Source: Lepidodermella squamata (Eukaryota > Animalia > Gastrotricha). Taken from it: a stretch of DNA of 64,000 nt. The stretch spans positions 434,001-498,000 of the forward strand of contig JBLDXI010000017.1 of assembly GCA_047495785.1 (NCBI GenBank). Direction: 5' to 3'. Both the position numbers and the translations under genes were made by a program. The notes beneath the pieces are model-generated. The model was not told the origin of the DNA. It saw only the letters and a list, made by a program, of their open reading frames with translations, and searched no databases. Positions within the stretch are counted from its first letter, which is position 1, and each line of letters begins with the position of its first letter. Positions 40,101 to 52,660 of this stretch are shown here, piece after piece.

Positions 40101-40479
40101 CGATTGGTTCCATAACAGGTTCTAATGCAGTGTCTGTCTTTCTTGGAATGGGAATGGCTTGGACAATCGGTGCTGGAGTTCGAACAATAAGAGCTGATTA
40201 CTTTCGCGTAAGATTCAAAATGTGAACAGTACTGCTTAACATTTACGATTTATTTAGATGCCTCCTTCTGATTTCGACTTCAGTGTAATGCTCTACTGCA
40301 CGTTGGCCAGCATCTGTGTTCTATTTTTGCTGCTACGTCGGTTGCCCCCGATTCGCGGCGAGCTAGGCGGCCCGTTCAGTCTTCAAATTTTATCAGCTCT
40401 TTTCATTCTATGCTTTTGGATTATTTTCATCGTACTGTCAGCTCTAAAGAGCTACTGCTACATAAATGGCTTCACATAA
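37163..40479 (+). CDS. NCX-like array copy B. Exons 37163-38204, 38263-38317, 38713-38776, 38828-40207, 40258-40479
   Basis: GTSSPE / GSGAYH, two Calx-beta domains, GMGLPD / GSNAVS, GELGGP. Confidence 0.93.
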
Positions 40480-42450
40480 TCTTTTCGTGCAAAGCATGAC
40501 TTGAATTCAAAATTCGCCGTGATAAAAAGCAACTTCAAGTTGAGCTTTTGTTTAATGTCGTTTATAGGTTCAGTCTCACATGTCCTGCTTTCGCAGCGTA
40601 TTAAATACGAATCACAGAAAGTTGCTAAAGCAAAAGAAAGATGATAAATAAAGAACACTTGAATACAACATCTTTTAGCTCAAGCTTGTGAATATGAATA
40701 AGTCTCAGCAAAATGAGAGCGATAGATTCCTGTTCCTAAAGTTTGGAAAAAGAGAGCAAGAGAGTGAAATCGATTTCACTGAATTAATAATTCATTTACC
40801 ATGCCTCTGCAACTGCAGACGTACTTGATCTAGGTTTGTTCCTGAAGAACTTTCCGGAAAGTCGACAGAGCTACAGGATACCATGGGATATAAGTATGAC
40901 GCGGGTCTGGCTAACAACATCTCTATACTCATGATTCAGCTTCGTCTCAATCGATCCCAGGGTCTGACTAGTGGAAAGTATGTAACGATTTTTTGTTAGG
41001 AAGCACTCGGCATTTCCGCAGCTCGTTTTATTTCGACGCTGGCGATTCCTCGAGCAGTGCAGTTATTATTATTAATGCTATGAATATTACACTAATGCAA
41101 GAGTGATGATCATCATTAAAGATGCATGATGATTCTACTTCTGACGCGCCCACAAGTGAAGACGCGTAAAATACGGGGCGCGCATGTTTCATTCGCCTAA
41201 TATATTAGGAATGAATTTTCCAGTCTCAGCCTCCAGTTGCGTTTGTCACGTAAAATCACCGCCATCTAATGTCTCAGGCACAGTTCTTAGTGCGCTATGC
41301 CTGCGACATCAGTCGGTACTACCTGTTCTCTACTTTTATTACCGCGTGCCGTGAAAACTGCTACTGGGACAAACTCTATGTCTTACATATAGCTATAGCA
41401 AGCTAAGAAAGAAAAAAACGCAGCCACACCATGGTTACTCGTACGTATTTCACAATTAATCAATACTCTTTTGAAACATGCATTTGGCATTGTATTCTTG
41501 CCCAGACGTAAAATTATGCTGGAGGGCCCTTCTATCAGCTGATCATTCCCAGCTCATCCAGGAGGATTTATGCTTTACAAGTTAATCCCATCGCTTTATT
41601 TTTCTTCAGGACCATAACATTTAGGAAAATAATGTACTCGGCAATTATCCCGTTTACTTGGAATCATACTGCTGGGAATATCGGATAATATGTCATTTTG
41701 AGATTTCCTATCAAATTCTAGCCTTCTCGGTTCAAATTGCCTGACCCCCCGAGAGGCACAAATTAAAAATGTAGTAACGAGCTCATAATTGGTTGATAGA
41801 TATTTTTAAGTACCCTCTCGCTCTCCAAATCGATATATCCTAGTATTTGCTCTTCGTTATCAATCAATCCACACGTGTGAATTTTATAGATTCAGTCAAC
41901 AAAGTGAAAGCATTTCACGAGTGCCGGAGACTCTGAACCGAATTCATGTGCTCTGCAGCCCCCATCGAAACATGCGAGCTTGCTCTTATCGGATCTCAGC
42001 TAAATCATTGCGCGAAATTCTAATCCGCTTAAAACATGATACTATTATCTGTGCAAAACATAAAATTTGTCACGAAAGGACGCCCCACATAAAAGAACAT
42101 GAAGTTCTCCGCGAGAAAAGATCGATGGCATCTTTCCGTCTGCACTGCGTACTGACGCGAGGTTTAGCCTCTCCAAGTAGAGACATTTTATTATTATTAT
42201 TACGCTTCGAGCTCTGGTTCACAGCATATTTCCAAGGTGCAAAAACAAGCAGTTTTTTACGCTCGCACCAAAAAACAAGACCAATAATTTGCAGACGCGA
42301 TCCTAGCAACAACAATTGATGATTATCGATCGCTAACTGCCTTTTGTTAACTGTGTTATTTTATTCATCGCGCTGTAGATTTTTCCAGCATTTTACTATT
42401 TAAAGATTCACATAATGATGTACATCCGCGTGATTAAATGACTTTAACTG

Positions 42451-45400
42451 ATGACTGAAAATGGTGGTGATATGATCACTGGCAACGAAACGAAGGCTGA
42501 AATTCTCAATGCAGCTTTTGCCGAGTCTACTACATCACTAACCACTGCTTTATTTACTTCAGTCGTCGATTTCAATAACAACAGCTCGTTACTCAACAAC
42601 ACCAAATATCTGTCCAAGTGTGTTGTCGAGCGGCGAAACTGCAGTAGCGCCATTATATTGCCATTATGGCTTCCTCAGGTCAGCGAAAGCTCAGAACCAG
42701 GGGCTGTCATCGCCTATCGAACAATCACGTACTCGATAATCCTAGCGTACCTCCTTTTCGGCGTCAGCATCGTGACTGATAGAATTCTTACGGCTGCGGA
42801 AGTCATTTTATCCCACAAGAGAAATGTCACTGTCAGGCTGAAATCCGGTGAAACGAAAACGAATAAAGTACAGGTTTGGCACCCCATAGTTGGCTACTGC
42901 ATATTCTGCACACCTGCTACTTCATCCCAATCACTGCTTTTACCTATTATAGGAGTATTTAGGCGCAACTTTCAAGGTAATGTTGTGAATAATGTCGGTT
43001 ACAAACCTAAATATTCGGTATTTCAGGTGACGAATTAGGTCCTTCTGTGATTGTCGGTACTGGAGCCTTTCAATACTACGTTGTTTTGGCTGTTTGTCTT
43101 CTCAGTATAAAAGACACTTTCCCGAAGCCTATTAGGAATCTTCACATCTTCTTCACGTCATCATTCTACACAATATTCGCTTATTTATGGATATTTCTCA
43201 TCCTGGACGAATTTTCGCCAGGAAAAATAGACTTATGGGAAGCAATATTCACGGTATGCTGATTTCCTGATTTTTCATTGATTTTTCATTGCCTTTTTTT
43301 TAGCTAATGATCTTTCCTCTTTTCGTCGTGTCAGTATGGCTGACTGCGAAACGCATTCCACAACGATTCTTTCATAGGATTGTGCGATCTTGTCGAGCTT
43401 CAACTGTTACCCCGTCTGACGGGGATGATTCTTCCGAAATGAGCGTCACGGTGGATGCCGATTCGCCGGAACAAGAGCAGCGGCGAAGATTTGTAAAATT
43501 GATGCACAAATATAAGCAAGAATACCCGGAGAAAACAAATCATGGTTTGAGTTCTGAAAAATCCTATTATTTCATAGTCATTGTACCTCTTTTAACAGAA
43601 TTGGAGCAAATGGTCATCCAAGAAATGGACGAAGAGCAAGAGAGGAGCGAATTGTTCTATCGACTTCAGGGTGGCACAAAAGGCTTATCTATATCCCATG
43701 GGATAATGCCAATGTCTGAGGAAGGCAAGGTATGTCATCCCATCCTGTTTTTGTCAACCCATCACACATGTTTTCCTACTAAATAGGACAACTTAAAAAA
43801 GACTCTAGAAGGCTTAAGTCAAAACGTTCAATCTGTCGGATTTGTCGCCCATGAAATAAGCTGCGCCGAGAGCAGCGGCGCAGCCACCCTTGTCGTCGAG
43901 CGGCGAGGCCCTGGATGTGAGGAGCACGTGCTTATGGTTAATTTCGACACAGTCGAATGCACGGCCAAGGCGAATTCCAATTTTCTTCCCGTCAATGGAG
44001 CTAAGCTGACTTTTTACCCCGGTGAAACCCAAGCTGAAATAGAAGTCTCAATATTGGATGATCATATCTTCGACCCTACCGCGAAATTCTTCAAAGTGAA
44101 GCTGTCTAATCCTATGGTAATCGGCGTTTCGGATTACGACTTCAGAGTTGAGTTAGGACTGCAAGAGTGTACTGTTTCAATAATGGATGACGACCACTGC
44201 GGAATCTTTGCCTTCGAAAGACAAGAGTTAGTCACATACATAATATTTTGCAATATTAATGATCATGTTTTTCCACTTTAGCTTGGCTGTTGCGGATGAT
44301 TGCGAGGTTGCTAAAGTTCCGGTTCATCGTACTGTCGGCTCTAGAGGAACTATTTGTGTTCCTTATCACATCGTACCCGGCAGTGCGAAACCGGGTGATG
44401 ACTATATTGCTCCTCAGAAAAATGAGGTCGTCTTCCAAAGCGGGCAACTTGAAGCTACCATCGACATACGAATCATCGACAAAGTTCGCAACGGCAAGGT
44501 TTTCACGTTTTACATCGAACTCCTTACGCCGAAGAAAGTCTCAGAGGACATCGAAAAGACCATTGGAGACCCAGCTCTTGGGGACCAAAAGCTAATCCAG
44601 GTTGGAATTTGCGAGAACGAGGAGATTCAAGAAGCTTTGAAGCGTATCGCGAAAGTTAATGATTTAGCTTCGCATATCGCAGCCTCGACTTGGAAAGACC
44701 AATTATTCGGCACTTTCACGGTCTATCCAGGAAACAGCGCCAAGGACGTGCCTTATATGACACTACTTTACGCCTATACCCTGCACGTGTTGGCATTTCC
44801 GTGGAAACTTGCGATAGCCATCATTCCACCGCCAGGGTTCGCTCAAGGCTATGTTGCGTATTTCTCGCTTCTTGGAGTTATGCTGATCATAACTGTCCTC
44901 GTGAGTGACTGCGCGTCCTATCTAGGGTGCACAATGGGAATCAAAGACACTATAACTGCTATCACTCTGATCTCTTTCGGAACTGGTATTCCGGGTCTGT
45001 TTTCTAGTCGAAGGGCCGCGATGCGGGAAAAGACAGCAGACGCTGCTATCGGAGCGATAACTCGAGCAAATGCCTCCACTAAGTTTCTAGGCATCGGGAT
45101 CGCTTGGACAATCGGCGCTGCTTACCAAATGGCTGTTGGAGATGAACGAGGATTTACGGTGAGATTTTTAATAACTATTAATGTCCCAGCAACATTTAAA
45201 AAATTGAAATTGCAGATCAAATCAAACGACGTAGGATTTAGCGTTTTGCTCTATTGCTCTTTCACAACGGTAGTTATTATTGTGTTAATGCTTCGACGAC
45301 TGCCGCCAATTCGTGGCGAGTTGGGCGGTCCGAACTGGGCTAAATATCTATCAGCCGGTCTGTTCATCGTACTATGGCTAACGTTCATCACTCTTTCCAT

Positions 45401-45458
45401 TCTGGAGAACTACTGTTACATCCGGATATTGGAATTGAGACATTTTCAATCTGCGTAG
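42451..45458 (+). CDS. NCX-like array copy C, lacking both core acidic residues. Exons 42451-42976, 43027-43253, 43304-43544, 43599-43729, 43787-44226, 44282-45158, 45216-45458
   Basis: Full NCX architecture in an open spliced frame; alpha-1 reads PATSSQS / GTGAFQ and alpha-2 reads GTGIPG / RANAST. Confidence 0.9.
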
Positions 45459-46391
45459 TTGATGATGAAATGCTTGAATGCTAATTATATGATTTGAAAC
45501 AGAGCGATAATATCAACTCGAGTGGCTAATTTTTATTTGCTGTTTTTATTGATCTCTGCTCATTGCGAAATCACAAAATAAAAGTGAATCGATAGAAATT
45601 CTAGACTTTTCACCTTTGGTCGGTTTGCTGTTAGGATAATGTTTACTTTCCCCCTAGTTACCAGGTATTCCCGGAGAATTTTTGTAAAGGAAGGCTTCAC
45701 CGGACTGTCTATATTCATCAGCTGGAACTGCGCAACGCAGGTGAAAAAAAGTTAATCAATCATTCATAGTGCGTTGCCTGGATATCATGAAAAATGAAAC
45801 AAGCGGTCGATTCCGGCGTTTTCTTGACTATTCCATTCACTATCAACAGCGCCAAGGTGCGATATTTTATATTTTATATTGCGCATCCTTTTGTCTGGAA
45901 TGCATTAAATATTAAGGTTTCTAAGATGTTAACTTTTGTTTAGGAAGACGAATTACGAATTTAGAAGATTACAATTTACAATTTTGCGTAAAATATGGAC
46001 AGCAATACTTTCGGAAAATACAGTGCACATACACATAATACTGAACCATTGAATCCAGCAGAATTTGGCTTTTGAACCATGTATAATCAATCAGAAAGTA
46101 TCAATCTGCGGGGAGAATTCTTGCACGTGACATGGGTGATGAATTTGGACCAACATAACAAATTTTCGATATTTTTAGATCCCAAAGGCGTTAAAATTTC
46201 CTGCGTCTCAAAGGTAGCAAGAATTAAAAGAAATTAAACAAAGGCATCAGTCATTTTTTATCTTGTTTGATTCCGCTGAAAATCCAGGTTGATTGTTCCT
46301 TAATCGGATTGAACGAATTCCGTCGGATTAGAGCGTTGATTTGCCGTAAAGATCGATACTAACCGCAGTTATGAGTTATGTATAGAGTTGA

Positions 46392-49241
46392 ATGCAAAAA
46401 AACCTTTCTCATCGCTGCGAGAACATGAACGAATCTTCTGATGTAGTTTCGGAAACACAATTTAACATTTCGAACTCAACATCCCCGACACCGCCAAGCA
46501 ACACAAGTTCTCAACACTCGTGCCACACTGTGATAAGAGGTGAATGCAAGCACGGATTGATCATCCCAGCTTTCACGTCTTCCCTCACCTACAATGCCCT
46601 GGATGAATTTTACCAGGCCTTGATCTACGGCTTATCTTTGATCTACTTGCTGTTCGGCGTAAGTATTATAACAGAACGCATCGTTGCGAGTGCCGAGGTA
46701 ATAGCTGCTCATAAAGTCTTAAAATCAATAACCTACCGTAATGGCTCATCAAGGGTCGTGAAAGTAAGTTGATACACTTCAAAAACTTCATAAATTATAA
46801 ATCTTCGAATGTTCAGAGAAAGTTTTGGCATCCTGTTGTAGCTATGCTTCTGTTCACAGTTCCAGGGACATCTTGGCCTGAAATCCTCCTTCCATTTATT
46901 GCTACATTCCATCAAAATTATCGAATGGATGACTTGGGATCTACTCTGATTATCGGAAGTGGCGCATATCATTTCTTCATTATCATCGGTAACTTTGGTT
47001 GCTTGAAAAGTAATACTTCATAATTAACTTACTGTTTCCCAGCTGTTTGCCTATTTTCGGCGAGAGATTCTAGTGGAAAGCCGATCAAGAACCAAGATTT
47101 GTTCTTCACTACCTCGGCCTTTGCGTTGTTTGCCTACATCTGGGTTTACATTGTTCTCGAAGTTCTGACACCTTATGTCGTTGATGTATGGGAAGCGCTG
47201 ATTACAGTCCTTCTGTTTCCCGCTATGATCATCACAGCATGGTTAATGGCAGCTCGCATCCCCCATCAGTTGCTCATGCGAATGACCCATTTGATTCGAA
47301 GCAATAGCGTTACGCCTACTATTTCAACTACACCGTCATCAGGCTCAGTTTTCAGTAGCGATGACGGAGATTTTGAAGAGAGAAAACAACGCCGTCGTGT
47401 CGCTAGCCGCCTCAAATCACTGAAGAGTAAGCACCCGGAGAAGTCTCAATTCGAACTCGAAGTTATGGCCCAGCAAGAAATTCTCGATAGCTTACCAAAA
47501 AGTACAGCATTTTACCGGCTAAAAGCCACCAAATTCATCTCAGGTAGCAGCAGCAGCGAGTCAAGTCTGAAGGAAATCGCTTGGAAACATCGCAGGAGAA
47601 GTACTTCTAACTTTATACAGCAAACAGTCGGATTTGTCTCGGATAAAATCTGCTGCCTTGAAAGCTGTGGCCACGTCACTATACCTGTTGAGCGATTCGG
47701 AGCTGGGGTCAATGAGAAAGGCCTAACTTTAGAGTATGAAACAACACAGGCAACCGCGAAAATGAACCGTAATTTTGAACCAGTCCTAAATGGGGTACTA
47801 AATTTCGAACCCGGGCAAAGTAGGGCAGAAATTCGGATTAAGATTATCGATGATGGAATTTACGAGGAAAGATCGAAATTCTTTCAAGTGAAACTGAAAA
47901 ATCCCAACCTTGAGTCGCCGAAAACGCTTCTGGTGCCCGCAGACAGTCGGGCAAGCGGGGATTCACACTTGAAAATACCTGTAAACAGGCCCCACAAACA
48001 CCGGCACCCTAAAGTAGAACTCGCAAAATCTGTAACGACGATTTCGATATTGGATGACGATCACTGTGGGATTTTCTCTTTTGAGAAGGCTGAGATAGCT
48101 GTGTCTGACAACGTTGGAACAGCGAAGATAAAGGTTTGCAGATCAGTCGGGGCAAAGTGTAGAATCTCGGTACCTTATCGAATAACCCAAGGTTCGGCCA
48201 AGCTGGGCGAGGACTATAGGGTCAAGAATCCCGAGGGTTTGCTAGTTTTCGAAGAGGGTCAGTTCGAAAACTTCATCGAAATAGGGATAGTCGATAAAAA
48301 TAGACACGGCGAGGTATACGATTTCCATATTGAACTATTGCATCCAAGGAGAGATACAGCGCTACGCGAAGCTTTTCGAAAAAGCCTAATGCTCGGCCTG
48401 CCAAAACTCGGAGACCCGTCCTTGGTCCAAGTCGGTATTTGTGAGAGTGAAGAAATCCGAGAGGCACTGGATCGTTTGATGAAAACACCAGAAGTACCAA
48501 GGCATGTTGTCTCTTCCACGTGGCGAGATCAGATAAAAAATGCATTTATAGTTCATCGCGAGTCTGCATCAAAAAAGGCCCTTGTAAGGCTTTACGCACT
48601 TCACATTCTTGCTTTTCCGTGGAAGTTTATCGTCGCTTTGCTTCCACCCGCCAAAATGATGCATGGGTATTTGTCGTATTTTACCCTGCTTTGCCTAATG
48701 GCTCTGATCGCTACCTTGATTGGCGATTGCGCGTCTCTATTCGCTTGCACTGTTGGCCTGAAAGATACGGTCACTGCAATCACGCTGATTCCTTTGGGCA
48801 CAGGCTTGCCGGATACACTCGCAGCCCGATACGCCTCTATAAATGAGAAAACAGCTGATGCTGCGATTGGAGGAATTCTCGCCTCGAATGCTGTCGGGGT
48901 CTTCTTTGGAATAGGACTGTCTTGGACAATCAGCTCTATTTATCATACAGCGAACGGAAACATCCTCAAGGTATTAACCAACGTCAAAAAGGAATTGTTA
49001 TTGACCATTGTTTTAATAGGCGCCAGCTAAACATTTTGGCTTTAGCATCATTATATTTTGCTCACTGGCTGTGATCGGCTTAATAGTCCTGCTTCTGCGA
49101 AGGCTGCCTCCGATACGAGGAGAGCTGGGAGGTCCGAACGCAGCAAGATTTGCATCTGGAGCATTTTTTCTATTACTGTGGATACTTTTTGCATCGCTGT
49201 CTGTACTCGAAAGCTACTGCGTATTTCAGACATACGTGTGA
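46392..49241 (+). CDS. NCX-like array copy D (alternative ATG 46425). Exons 46392-46763, 46817-46988, 47043-48970, 49020-49241
   Basis: GTSWPE / GSGAYH, two Calx-beta domains, GTGLPD / ASNAVG, GELGGP. Confidence 0.92.
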
Positions 49242-49515
49242 CTCAGTTCAATTCGACACTCATGCGATTGTAACTGGCCGTATTGATTTTAGTCTGTGTG
49301 ATGAAATGTTAATCTTTACGCACTCCGAAGACGAGACTTTTTTACGATATGCGCAACTTATGCCTCAAAATAAAGCACGCTTTACGTAATGAAAAAAAAC
49401 TTCACCTAATAAGAAGGGCTGAGCTCAAATTTCCCCCAGGCAGAGTGAAGCAGATTTTCGAGTAAAGAAACGACCTCCCATGAAGACTATATACTAATGT
49501 CTGTTTCTAAACGGA

Positions 49516-52328
49516 ATGAATAACAGTCTCGATTCGAATTCGTCAAATTTCACTGTAAATGCGTATTACTTCCACAAATCGGAATGTTCAGAATTCCATT
49601 GTGCTGGCGGTTTGATACTACCGCTGTGGAACTATACGCATCTGGAGGGTGACAACTACGAGCTTCAAATCGCGTACCGAGCCATTGTCTACGGTCTTGG
49701 TTTGATGTACTTACTTCTTGGGGTCAGCATAATTACTGACCGGATAGTCTCTGCCACCGAATACATGACCTCCCATAGACGGGCAGTTTCTGTGACCCTC
49801 AGATCAGGGAACACAACTACAGTCAAGGTTTGCATTAATTACTTTATCAGCCTTCATCTTTCTGATTGATTTTCAGCTCCCGATTTGGCATCCGACAGTT
49901 GCTGCCCTTAGTTTCGACGTCATTGGAACAAGCTCGCCTGAAATCCTTTTGCCCATAATTGAAATTTTCAAGCTCAACTTCACGATAGACAAGCTAGGGC
50001 TGTCTCTCATTGTAGGCAGTGGTGCTTATCGGCTCTTCATAATTACAGGTAACTTGACTGGCTTTTTTGGCATCATTCTCCTTGTTTTCTTTTGTAAAAG
50101 CCGTTTGCTTGTTTTCTGTTCGAGAGTCGAGCGGGAAGCCGATAAAAGATCTGCATCTCTTCTTCACAACAGCAGCTTTTTCAATTTTTGCTTATTTATG
50201 GGTTTATCTGGTGCTTGATGTCATATCGCCAAATTTGATTGAGATATGGGAGGCTATTGTCACTCTCAGTCTATTTCCAATCCTGGTTTTCACTGGATGG
50301 ATTGTGTCGAGAAGATTACCGAGCAGTATTGCCTCAAGAGTTGCTAATCTGTTCTCGAGATCTCGAGCCATATCACCCGCGACATCGCTAGCTAGCTCTG
50401 TTATTTCCGATCCAGACACTGATGTGGGTGATGCAGAGGAGGAAGCGTTCAAAAAGAATCGAATCCGGGCGAGAATGCGGGAGCTAAGGACCCTGCATCC
50501 TGAGAAAAAGCGTGATGAGTTGCAAGGTGTCGTAATCTATTTCCTTTTAGCTTCTTTTGTAAGTTGTCTTATTTCAGAAATGGCCAAGTTGGAAATTGGC
50601 GAGGATTTCCATACGCATCACACTTCTTCGCTTTACCGGCTGAGTCCTTCGAAGAATTCAACTCCCAGAACGCCCGGACTAGCAGCTGTTTTGGAAAGTC
50701 ACAGCAGGCCGGGGGCGGAATCAATGACACAGACAGTCGGCTTCACACAAGCCCGTCAATCTTGCATCGAAAGTTGTGGAACAGTTTCAGTATCTGTCGA
50801 AAGATGGGGCGCAGGCGTTGAGGACACAACGCTAACAATCGACTACGAAACTATACAAGGTTCAGCGAAAAGCAACGTCAATTTCAAAAGCATAGTTGGC
50901 CGACTGATTTTCGAGCCGGGCGAGAAGAAAGCTTTTATCGATGTGACCATTCTCGATGACGATATCTACGAGCAAGCGGCTAAATTCTTTAAGATAAAAT
51001 TGTCGAGACCAGTCATCGAGTCATCAAACACGCTGAGAGTACCGCAAGCAACCTTAGGCCCCGATATCGGCCCAAAGAAGTCAAAAGTCAGCCGAATTGA
51101 GTTTGAACGTGACGAAACTATCATGTCAATTCTTGACGACGACCATTGCGGAATTTTTCATTTTGAGAAGACTGAAATCGCTGTCCCGGATGATGTAGCC
51201 GTTGCTAGGATCAAAGTTGCTCGATCAATAGGAACAAAAGGGCGAGTTGTCGTCCCGTATCGTATCACCCCAGGTAGTGCAAAAGCCGGGATCGACTACA
51301 TAGCTTTACCCAATGGGTTATTAACGTTCCACAGTGGTCAGATGGAAGCTTTTATAGAGATCCGGATTGTTGATAAAGACCGATTTGGCGAGGTACACAA
51401 TTTTTATATCGAGCTGTTCGCGCCTAAGAAAGAATCGAGTGTTGACGTGAAGAGCACAGTTAGACAGCCGTCTCTTGGCCAGCCGAACTTGGTTCAGGTC
51501 GGCATTTGTGAAACAGAAGAAACTCGCCAAGCCCTGGATAGATTGCTCAGAACGCCAGAAATAACTGCCCTGGTGATAAAAAGCCGGTGGAGGGATCAGT
51601 TGCGTGAGGCTTTCGTTGTTGATGACGAAGACGAAAGTAATGAATCTAGTTCTTGTTTTCGTCGAATTTTTCTCAAATATGCGATCCACATAATATCTTT
51701 TCCGTGGAAATTTATTGTTGCGATTCTGCCTCCACCGAGGCTTTACAACGGATGGGTTGCTTATATCTCCTTGCTCTGTGTAATGGGCGCTGTGGCGGCA
51801 TTGATCGGCGATTGCGCCTCCCATTTCGCTTGCACTGTTGGACTTACTGAAACGTTAACAGCCGTAGCACTAATTCCAATCGGATTGGCTCTCCCAGACA
51901 CTTTTGCAAGTAGACGAGCGGCTATCTATGAGAAGAATGCAGATGCAGCGATTGGCGGCATCTTAGGGTCTAATGCAGCCAGTGTCTTTCTAGGAATGGG
52001 CATATCTTGGACGATTGACTCTATTTATCAGTCTGCAAATGGAGGATCTTTGACTGTAAGGCTCATTTTGTTGCTTCATCATCGTTTCATTTGTGTCACC
52101 CTATAGGTTACTTCCGGCGATCTCGGTTTCAGCGTAATGCTGTTTTGCACTTTCGCTGCAGCTGGTGTACTAGTTCTGTTGTTGAGGAGGCTACCTCCTG
52201 TTTACGGCGAGCTGGGCGGGCCGAACGGAATCAAGTATCTATCGGCTTGCTTTTTCCTCACTTTATGGGCGGTGTTTATTACTCTAAATGTTTTGGAAAA
52301 CTACTGCATAATTCACGTTTTCAAATGA
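49516..52328 (+). CDS. NCX-like array copy E. Exons 49516-49827, 49877-50048, 50101-50526, 50578-52055, 52107-52328
   Basis: GTSSPE / GSGAYR, two Calx-beta domains, GLALPD / GSNAAS, GELGGP. Confidence 0.93.
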
Positions 52329-52660
52329 TAGTCGATCGATAACTATGTAAGATGGATGCAAAGGCAATTATGATTGAATAGTAATAAAGGTCGCCGTGAT
52401 AATCACGCGTATGAAATTTGATGCGGGAGAATTTGAGAAAGTGAACGCGCAAGATTAAAGATCGATGAGATTCAAGCCTCGAGCTAGTTCGAGCGGATTA
52501 TTTGACACTATTTCTTTCGAAAAAAAGAGAGTGATTTGTCGGCTGGCTCCCTCAATGCCTCAGCTTCCGCAATATTTTTTTTCATTGAAATTCAAGTATT
52601 TTTATAGCAAAAAATCAATCCAACTGAGCTCTAGCTTAAAGACTGTTCCCTAGGTTTTTA

